The translations under genes were made by a program, and so were the position numbers. DNA of 63,158 bases, filler included, from Bigelowiella natans CCMP2755 (taxonomy: Eukaryota; Protista; Cercozoa): the NCBI GenBank assembly GCA_000320545.1. It is 4 parts of 4 records of this genome, joined end to end, with 100 filler letters (N's around TTAATTAATTAA, not from the genome) between each part and the next. Parts side by side here need not be neighbours in the genome. Positions count along the whole stretch, not along the records: positions 52,878 to 61,378 come from ADNK01003146.1; positions 61,479 to 63,158 come from ADNK01001161.1; 2 more parts are not named here. One strand, written 5' to 3'. Positions 53,525 to 63,158 of the stretch are shown here, in pieces (the stretch's first letter is position 1; every line of letters begins with the position of its first letter). Below the pieces are notes generated by a model, which was not told the origin of the DNA, made no database searches, and worked only from the letters and a program-made list of their open reading frames with translations.

Positions 53525-54600
53525 ATATAGAGGAGAAGGAGGAGAAGTCAACTCACCACGACCGAGTCGCCGTCGCATTTCTCCCAAAACATAACGTTCC
53601 TTTATGAATTATAATCGTTGTAAGCAAAGAGTCATTGGGTGATTCTTTCTTGATTCGCAATTCCTCATTCAATCAGCACGGTATGCCGTTTTTCGATGCG
53701 CTACATCCGCATTTCAAAGCACCTCCTTGCGTGCGCTGCATCGTTTCAGGAGAAACGAGACGTATTTGCTATCCCCTGGCTTTACTCTCCGCAGGTCGTG
53801 AAAGTATTAAAAATGCAAAATTATGTTGGAATCTCACCTTATTTGTCATCGGCAGCCATTCTTCTACATCCCTTGGAGACTCGTCTAACAAGGATTCAAA
53901 AGCGTATCAAGTAGGAAAACACACTCACACACGCAACAAGATTGCGCACGGCGAAGCGCATTTATCATTATACACTAATTATTTGCAAAGTCGGTGTGTT
54001 GAACCTTCGGAAACGCCACCTCCTCTAATCCCCACGTTCTTTGATTTAGTTCCGCGTCGATATTTGCTCTATCATCATCACAGAGAGGGGAGGGAGAGAA
54101 AAGGCATTCATTCGCTGAAGCTGGGTATTTAGAAGAATACTCTAGCTGCAGATAAACCTTTCTCCGATGTTGAGGTGCGTCATGACTAGATGGCTGTTGT
54201 ACCTGGCTGCGCTCGTAATCGTGAAAGCTTGCGGATGGTGACGATTCTCTCTGAAGCAATTCTCGAATATCGTCTTGACATCTACTGCCTCCCCTCCTCA
54301 GCCTTGCGGGACATCTGGTCAGAAGAAGACGATAACGTCAGGGGGCACAAGCGCTATAAGAGAGATCCGGGGAGATATTGTCCAACCTGTGACGAGCCAT
54401 CAACAGCGTGCAGAAGGCTGACGCGAAGAGTACTCCTCCCAAAAGCTGCACACGCACACGCACAGTAATTACGTTTTCATTCCTCACGTATGCTTCCCTA
54501 TTCTTCAATATGGTCGTTATTTGGTCTCTCGTACCCTCGTCGCCCTTGCCTGTGCTCTGCACACCCCAGATGGCTGGGCCTTGGGGGGGGCCATTGGCGG
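53050..54600 (-). CDS. Possible hypothetical multi-exon gene
   Basis: AG/GT-bounded segments such as LLGGVLFASAFCTLLMARH and DDIRELLQRESSPSASFHDYERSQ. No family recognised. Confidence 0.3.
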
Positions 54601-54959
54601 CACGAGCTCGGAACTGAAGGAGCTTCGGAGGTCAGCGCGCTCAAGAAACTGTTGTGAATGTTGTCGCGTAGGATGATCTTCAATCAAAATAAGATCGAAT
54701 AAATATGCTATGAATTTTGAATCATCAAGGAACTATTATCAATGTTGTTTCCTTGGACTATAGTTAGTCAAGAATATACAGTATGAACATCTAACAGTAT
54801 TGAGTCTAACCGGAAATGGTGGAAGTCAAGGACGCCAACAGAATAACTAAGAACTAAGAACTAAGAGAATTTCTTCGTGAAACATTCTAGGAACAATGTA
54901 CTCGCAGAGAAATTCGAAAGTCCTGCGATCGTACTTGATTTGTTCATCATTGGGCATGT

Positions 54960-56220
54960 CGCAGAATATTGAAGGCCGAACAACAGGGAATTTTCACAAA
55001 AAATGTTTTTTCAGATGTTGTCGGCATGTGCAAATACCATCAATGAAAAAACAAATGGATTTTTCCCGTTTTTGCCTTTTGAGAATGGCAATGAAACTGG
55101 AAAAGTCACATATTTTGGGATGTTTCATGCATGTTGTCGATGCTGTTGGGAGCAGAAGATCAAAACACAACGATCCAGTGTGCAAGAGAAGCGAACCCCA
55201 ATCGTTCGTTCACGTGCAACTGGTGCGCAATGTCCAAATGAACCTTGCAGTCAAGCTGGCCAGCTTTCAGCACGCACAACCAGCAGGACGCTGACAATTC
55301 CCCGCAATTGCTTCTTCTCGCAGGAGTGCTCCTGCACGATGAACGCTTGTTGCCCTTTCAGCTCTGCTGGTCCGGCCCTCGCTGCTCGTGGTTGTTTGTG
55401 CGTCAAAAACGCACGCGTGGTTGTTTGCACCAGTGCGAAGTTGTGACAAGCTTCAACGCCCAATTTTCGTCGATGCACGGCCTGATCCACTGTTGGGAAA
55501 TCTTTTCCTCTGACTCTGACAGGCACGCTCATGAAAAACGAACTCTCTGCGTTCACGAGCGACGTGCACGTGCAAACCAGCGCCAGCACTGGAGCGTGCT
55601 GGCGTGCGGTTTCACCGTCCTAGCGTCGTTTGACAACTCTCACGGGATGGGGAAAAGTCCTCAAAATTTGGCCACAACCCTTCTAGCCTTGCTAGCTTGC
55701 TAGCTAGCTAGTTCCAGAGCTTGCTAGGTCCAGAGGTTGCTAGCTTGCCCACCACAACACATCAGAAGTGTGCATGCGTGTGCAGTGTCAGACTGGTCAG
55801 AGTGCAGTGCTCGAGTGGGCAAGTCTAGAAGTGCTAGCCAGTGCCAGAGTGCACCAACATTGTGCAACTCCAGAAGTGCGTGTTCAGGTTTTTGCCCAGT
55901 TTTGTTGGGTCAGCATCGAATGGAGCCACAAAGCTGGAAAGGCCACCTAGGCCACCTAGCTAGCTAGCCACGTAGCCACGTTCGTGCACGGGCATACGCA
56001 TGGTCGACGCGCACCACTAGCTCTAGACCAGGCTCTAGATCAGACAGCAACTGCCAGACTGGAGGCTGGCTAAAAGTGCAACTCAGTTTGATCAAATGCA
56101 GCCTTTGGCGCCATGATGCCGATCATCGTTTTCTTTGCCATTCCAACTGCATGCAAATGACAACACTTCCCAGTTCTCAATGGCAGCATTGAACTGCAGA
56201 AGTTTCAGGGCATGCACAAT
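54960..56220. other. TpA-depleted/CTAG-rich intergenic island
   Basis: About 55100-55620 is essentially TA-free, followed by dense gctagcttgctagctagctag and cctagctagctagcc arrays. Confidence 0.85.
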
Positions 56221-56381
56221 TATTCAACTCATCACAGGTATTATTCGTACACTTTGTGGATGAAATTACTAATGCAATGATGATGGAATTAGCCTGCGTA
56301 CGTCACTAATCATCTGGAAACGTACGGGATCGAAAAAAAATGTCGATCACATAATTAAAATACGGTGCCAGTAGACACTAT

Positions 56382-58515
56382 TTATTTTTCATGCGACCCC
56401 AATTTTTCTCGAATTGCTCTTTCTGGTCCAAGTTCAGCCCATTCTTCTTTCGAAATCCAAAATTTTTCGTCGTCCTAGTTGGAAGGAAATGAATGGTTTA
56501 TTTAATGCAGGTAACATAAAAACATAAAATTCTATTACCTTCATAATTTGGGCCAGTACTGCACCTCCAATAAACACCATGTGTTTTCGACGTGGAGGAT
56601 CCTCAACCTTCATCTTCCACTTTCCAAGAGCCTGTTTGTTTCCTTTCAATGTATTCTTAAGATACAGTGCTCGAATCTCTTTCTCCAATCGAGTGGGAAG
56701 ACCAGGATACATTGTACTTCCTCCAGACAAAACCTAGAAGATAATAAATAACAAAGATTTACTTTCTACCATGTGTAATGAATTAGTAAACTAGTTGATG
56801 ATCTACGATGTGCTTGAAGAAATCCCTTCTTAGGTCAATATCAGACTCCATGATCATGTCATATACCATCTGATGGATTCTAAGTACACAGTATTTTATG
56901 ATTACCAAAGTATCATTTTCAACAAAATACAAGATATGATGATGTGATGCTATGCATTACCCTTTTTGCTCTGCATACTTCTCATCCCCAAGATGTGGCT
57001 GAAAGAGAACCTCAGGTGCTTGGTATCTAATCATTTACAGTATTTGAGGATAAACTAACGGGGGAAAATGGCCTTCTTACCTTTCTGAACCGAGAGTGAT
57101 AGATCTCCCATCGGGGAGCGTGTATTTTCTGGTTAAGGCAGTTGTGTCCAGTCCCAATTTTTTTTCAATCTCCAAATCGTAACTGTGATGTTCGGATAAT
57201 GAGAAACATATTCGAGGCACATTTCTGGTATGATGAATGCGACCCAACATAGCAGTGCTTTTCTTTTATCTGCCTCACAGTGTCCATGTCGGCGGATCTG
57301 TGGAAGTTATGTCCCCTTGCCTGTTGAAAAATTTCGGTTATGCTCTGTCACAATCCTTTAACTTAAGATACCTGAAGGAGTTTGATAAGGCGTTCGGTGA
57401 CGTTGCGTCCGGCAACATCAAGTCTCTTGATCCACCTTCGAGTTTTCAGATGGGCAGTCTCAATGGCAACATGGTACTTTTTATCATGAAGTAAATGGTG
57501 TTAGATATTCTAAATGATACTTGTCATACCTGGGCACTAGCAACCCTTCCCATACAGGTACACAATGAGAAACTCCGTCCCCAGAATCAAGAACCACCTA
57601 TTGACAAAATGAAAAGAATTGCATCCACTCTGAACTCATGAGATTAAGCATTTCATCACAAAGTTTACCCCTGTAAGAAGGCCTTGAGCATATAACACCA
57701 GCATGGCCTTTTAGATAGGATAATTTAAAAAAAAAAAGAACAAATAATTGCACATAGCCTCTACCTGCATTGAGACACTCGCTCCCTTGAATTGATATTT
57801 CTCAAGCATGTATTCAAGCATCTTTACTCGGTTCTGCTTACTTGTACCATTCACCATAGTTACAAATACCGTCCAGTTTCCAGATAAAATGAATACTTAC
57901 GGATTCATTGGCGCTTCTGTTAAAAGAATTCGATGCTCGGAGGCATCAATTTTCATTTTTTCATTGAATGCGTAATCCCAGATATGCTCAATTGAGTAAT
58001 CCCCTTATTTAATAAAGTGGTAGGCTTAGCACCAGAAGATGTTCACTATTGATGACAGACCTTTCCAGTACAATATTTTTCCAGCAGAAACTGGATACTT
58101 GACTTCGAGCATGTGTCTGTACTTTGCACACTCGTCTCCAACCATGATCTACCAACATGGAGGGTTAGAATTTGCCATTCTTCATGATTGAGGGAAAATT
58201 ACCCGTTTAAGTTCAACATCAGTATATTCCTCGCTGAATTTAATTGTTGGCGTGCCCACCTATTTTGAAACCCATTGAAAAATTCCAAAGATGATCAATG
58301 ACATATAAAACGGTTAGACCATTGATGGAAAGGTGTGAGCTGGAAAGTAGGATCCAGCATAACCTGCATGCAATTTGAAGATGTCACGAATACGATTTTC
58401 AATTACAAATCAGAGTTCTACTCAATTTCAAGAAACTCAAAAATCGAACATTCGGACCTAGCTTGACATAGCCAGTGCCATTATCACAGACGATAGGAAG
58501 CTTAGAGTCGGCCAT
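56382..58515 (-). CDS. ARP2: Actin-related protein 2 (Arp2/3 complex), many short introns
   Basis: [20 protein letters not shown]|[14 protein letters not shown]|[79 protein letters not shown]. The [12 protein letters not shown] motif is Arp2-diagnostic. Confidence 0.95.
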
Positions 58516-58929
58516 GATTTGCAGTAATTTCAGACTTTTTGCGTGAAATTGGGCTCTGTTTTTTCAGACAAAAGCGCTGAAAGTGGTTATTTAAACAGTA
58601 AGACATCAATTTTTTTATCATGCGACATAAAACAAACGACATTGCGCTTTTCTAGAATGCTCTCTTAATGCATGCACTCCACTCGCACTGTGAGAATATC
58701 ACCGAAATAATTTAAGACCAAAACGCCGCAGATTCAATGCACTTTTGCAATTGTCATGAAGTCGTTCATTCAGAAGTTGATCCATTTGTGAAACAGAACA
58801 GCAAAGTAATAGACGTGGTGAGACGAAGCAAGTTGAAGCACAAATATCTGAGAACATGTTAGTCGGTGTGACGTACTTTGATTGACAATTGTGTTGTCGC
58901 AGTTCCTTGATCGCCGCCATCTTAGGTAC

Positions 58930-61150
58930 TTTTGTTTTTTTTGCAAGTTGCCATTGTTCGCGTTTCTTCGTTCGGAGGCACTCACACTGAACACTCAATT
59001 GTTCCTCCACTCCCTTGCAAGACGTGCCCTTTCCTGTGAACCTCTCCTGTGGCACTGCTTCACTTGTTCAAATGGGATCACTGTGGGTTGCGATGTGGAA
59101 CACGGGAATGCTTGCTCTCAGCTAGCTTCGCGATGCGCGCACTCCCACGTGATCCTGAAGAAACACGTGGGACAACGTGCGGCGGACACTGGATGATGAA
59201 ATGAGCGCGTGTTCCATGAAATGCGTGCTTGGTTTGCATGCATTGAATGCATTCACATCACTGCATCAACCAGCATCGCTCACGTGAGGAATTCAACCAA
59301 GCCATCAACGGAGCAATCGACAATTGACACACCTCAAGAAGTCTCATCAAAACATCGAGAAATGAGGCTTGTTCTCTCTCATTGTTGACAAGAGAGTGCG
59401 CATTTCATGGAACACGCAAGGGCTTCATGATGAAATGCGCACTTCATGAAATGCGCAAGTGCTTCGTGTGTGATCAGCCAACAGACGCGCTGCTCGCCAA
59501 TGCTTGTTGTTGCACGTTGATGTGATCAAAGTTTTTGAAAACAAAACACTGAAACCCTGATGATGAAAATGCATTGTGAGCTTGAGCATGCATGCCTAAA
59601 CAAGCTCCCAAGAGGACATTGCCGCTCGCACGCGGGTCTTTTGACTTTTGCGCGTGCGTTTCACTTTGTTTCAACTAGCTCAGTTGAACACATCACATCA
59701 CGCTGTTTTCAGATCGAAAAAACAACATTTTTTTCCCAACATCATTTCGCTGACTTGTGCTGCATGAGTTCCCTTTTGCAACCCAACCTTTTCCATGTCG
59801 CATTGGCCCAAGCGGGGCCAAAATGCCAAAACTTGCTAACTGCTTTCGCACTGGCCGAAGCGGGGCCAAAATGCCAAACTTACCAACTCATTTTGTCCCC
59901 CCAGCATGCATCTGACACACTGCTACTGAAACTGAACTGCATCACAAATGCAAGCACACGCTTGGTGGTCATGACCGACCACATCGTGACGAAATGCGCA
60001 CTTCACGAAGCACGCAACGTTCAAAATCTCGCAGTGCAGGCGCATTCCAAGCGACGTTTTGAAAAGGGCATTCCAAACGCGCATTCCCAGAACACGCACG
60101 CATTCCACACCTTGGGCTGTGAAATGAGAAGTTTCGGGGAATGAACATGAAGTGAGAAGTTTCTGCAGATTCCTCTGGTCTTGGGCAAGTGCAGTGGCGA
60201 TCAAACGTGGAAAACCATCAGAGAATCAACTCCAATGAACGGTGTGGGTCTCAGATCTGGAACGATTGCTGAATGAATGATGTGGGTGCAGGTGTTTTGT
60301 TTTCAATTTTTCTCAATTTGACTCACCGCGCAATCACTGTGTTCACGTGTGTGCGTGCGTTTGCGATGCACAGACTCAATGCAAAACGTCGATGGACGCA
60401 CACACGAACGCGCATGCTCGCAACCTGTAGACCTGGCAATTTTTGCGAGGTTTGCAACCTGTGATTCAATTGCAATGCTGCGTGGTGACTGGCCACATGC
60501 ATTTTTGCATGCCAATGAAACAGCAGAGCAAATGGCACGTGAAGTGAACTGTGTCGACCGCAATTGTCATCCGCTTGGCACCCCTGAGAACAGCCAACGT
60601 GCACAACAAGTGCACCAATGAGTGAGGTGTTTTGCGAGATGCAGTGCCATGCAATCCAGGTTGAAATCACATCTCCGACACGTTGTCGACAAGGTGAAGG
60701 CGGATGAATCTCGTTGATCACAATCGAAACGAGACTGCCATCAACGCCTCTCGAATGGGATTTGCATGATTTTGGCAAAGTGACATCCATGGAATCCATC
60801 ATCAAACCAGATTCCAACCCTGGCAGATCCAGTGAGAACAATGGCTCGTGCGAGAGGAACTGCTCTCCAAGCTTCTCCTTGAGCCATCCCTCTTCAATGG
60901 TGGATCACTAGAACAATGAACAATGAACAATGAACAAAGCGTTGATCAAGTCCACACGCGCCAGAACCACATGGGAGACAGGCTGGCAGGCGTTTTGCAT
61001 GTAGCAGAGCCTCAACAACACTCGTTGCAAGGTGTTGGGAGCATGGCGCATCCAAGAAGGCTGTTTGGATGGTGCGAAAGGCATGGATGTGGCTCAAGTG
61101 GTTGCAAGCACATGGAGCGCCAACCATGAGTGCCTGACGACAAAGTGGGC
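58930..61150. mobile_element. Largest TpA-depleted island; probable mutated transposon/repeat relics
   Basis: About 9 TA in about 2.2 kb; internal inverted and direct repeats; shares a repeat with 41279-41375. No intact transposase recognised. Confidence 0.55.
60910..60985 (+). repeat. (TGAACAA)~4 plus tail, copy of 41279-41375
   Basis: Direct visual alignment. Confidence 0.9.
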
Positions 61151-61378
61151 AATTTTTTAGTATTTTCCATAAAAATCGCTGGTGTTGAACTCCAAATAGA
61201 TCATTTAGGAAACGTTCCTGCACCGTTGTTACTGATGACCAGATTGATGACCTAAAATGTTATGTGCGACAACTAATTTTCAGCATTTAATCCCCTAGAT
61301 CCCATGAAAATACCTGTTCAAACTCTGGACAGATGATTTCGGAACGTATCACATTCAAATCTAAGATCTAGTCCTTGG

Positions 61379-61478
61379 NNNNNNNNNNNNNNNNNNNNNN
61401 NNNNNNNNNNNNNNNNNNNNNNTTAATTAATTAANNNNNNNNNNNNNNNNNNNNNNNNNNNNNNNNNNNNNNNNNNNN
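61379..61478. other. Artificial contig-join linker
   Basis: N-run with TTAATTAATTAA. Confidence 0.95.
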
Positions 61479-61484
61479 ACGTAC

Positions 61485-61530
<46 letters not shown>

Positions 61531-61560
61531 ACACTACACACACACACACACACACACACA

Positions 61561-61627
<67 letters not shown>

Positions 61628-61799
61628 AAGAGCTTTTAAACTCATGTAATGCAGCATAATCGTTCTCTTATCATTCTTCCTTTCACACAACTAGCGTATG
61701 AAATCTGTAAGGTGATGACTAGTAATCCAAAGATACATACTAGCAAGCAACCTGGTGTCACTATTCAACAACGGAATGAGGAATGATACCTTCACATCA

Positions 61800-62981
61800 C
61801 ACATCACAGCGGATTCGTCTGTCCTATGACCTGCGAGACTGGCTTCCAAGCGGTTGGCAACCTTGTGTGTCGGGATGGGAGGTATCTGCTCAATCTCCAT
61901 TCATACATTCTCTTACTCTTACTTGACACCCTCTCGGCGCTTTCCACCGCCATCACAGTTGGAACACTCTTGGGTTCAAGTGTACGAATAATGGTACTTG
62001 CCGACTACCGACACCCTCAAGCTTGGATCCATCGTTAGACCCCACAATATCCGGTGTCATCCCTAGCGACGGTATTCAGCAAACAGGCCTTTGTGGGAAT
62101 ATAACACATGGCAAGTATGCAGTGCTCAGGTTTAATCTGTGTTTTCCAGGGTGCGGATTCCTTACTGAGGTTGGAACGAGCTGTAACTTTAGCTGCGGCG
62201 TGAACAAAGAAGGAGTTGGTATGCTGACATGCACCAACTACACACATCAATGGAAACCAGGCCCTGGGTAGGACAAATATTCTCCACTATAGTAACTATA
62301 TCATAGATAATGATGATTATGAGGTGATGATGGTGATGATAACGAAGATAGTAGCGGCGACACATTCCTGGCCATAACCAAAGGTACGGAGGTTGCAAAA
62401 CGGTATCTCCAACTCAAAGTCCAAGCTCAATGTCTCCAAGTACGCTCGCTCCTCTAACGATTGCGCCGTCATTCCCTCCAACTATATCCCCATCTACCTT
62501 CTCACCATCCACTCAGTCTCCTATCACAGCATCTCCATCGACGTTATCACCATCGACGTATTCTCCTCAAACCAATGCACCTTCAACAACCTCTCCAACG
62601 ACTGGGTCTCCTTCCACGCCATCTCCTGCCTCGCTCTCTCCTAAAACTCAAAGTCCTTCGACAGAAACCCCATCTACTATCTCACCTACTACGGCAGCTC
62701 CAACGCAGAGTCCCCTGACCATTGCGCCATCTTCGCTGGCCCCAAGCCATTCACCATCTAGTATCTCTCCGACATCGATCACTCCCACAATTTCACCCTC
62801 CAGCTTGCACCCGTACACAGTCACTCCATCATTATCCCCATCGAGTCGCAGCCCACAAACACATTTTCCAACATCACATCCTTCCACTACCACACCGACT
62901 TCTGCCCAACCGACGTTGACCCCATCCACTAGTGCACCAACACAGGGAGTTGTCACCCCTCCGGTAGCCACTAGCATGTAG
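61800..62981 (+). CDS. Surface/secreted glycoprotein fragment: Cys-rich sushi-like modules plus Ser/Thr/Pro mucin stalk
   Basis: CPMTCETGFQAVGNLVC, GTSCNFSCG..GMLTCTNYTHQW; 183-aa PTxSP/SPST repeat region. Confidence 0.65.
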
Positions 62982-63158
62982 TAGCTTATCTTATTGCTAG
63001 GGGCTGGCTGGCAATGTTGCAAGATTTTTGTTTCATGATTGTGTTTTCCAACCTACCCCCTCTTCTCTGTTTCTCTTTTCTCCCCCCCCCCCCTTCTCTC
63101 TCTCTCTCTCCTCGTGGAAGAGCTTTGTGAGAAATCTGGGGGAAAACACCCTTTCTCC

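Noticed and set aside
59560-60841. Long Cys/His-rich ORFs (194 aa, 172 aa) as genes or zinc-finger proteins
   Set aside because: Explained by loss of TAA/TAG and Tyr codons in TA-depleted DNA; no domain or splice structure.
58930-61150. Classical RIP or general CpG decay as the cause of the TG/CA excess
   Set aside because: RIP would enrich TA and CpG decay would remove CG. Here TA is lost and CG is common.

Overview
Eukaryotic, intron-rich, microsatellite-rich protist/algal DNA. It consists of four contigs joined by artificial N-TTAATTAATTAA-N linkers (31762-31861, 52777-52877, 61379-61478). Recognisable genes: 3' part of an AFG1/LACE1 ATPase, EMG1/NEP1, a PH + C2 + MCTP-type membrane protein, a C2HC/AT-hook protein with an LNK-like motif pair, an RGS-domain protein, a DEK-C-like/ankyrin protein, a uracil-DNA-glycosylase-like/ADP-ribosyltransferase fusion, a head-to-head intronless double AlkB-like 2OG-Fe(II) dioxygenase, a class I SAM methyltransferase, an F-box/JmjC protein, FUN14, ARP2 and a mucin-like surface protein. 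The most striking signal is not a gene. Almost every long intergenic spacer is a sharply bounded island in which TpA is nearly erased (about 9 TA in about 2.2 kb at 58930-61150). The few surviving TAs sit almost only in CTA/TAG/CTAG context, CpG is retained, and introns a few hundred bp away keep (TA)n arrays. This looks like a region-targeted TA->TG/CA (A:T->G:C) hypermutation of intergenic/repeat DNA, opposite in direction to fungal RIP. All counts and gene models are by eye and approximate.
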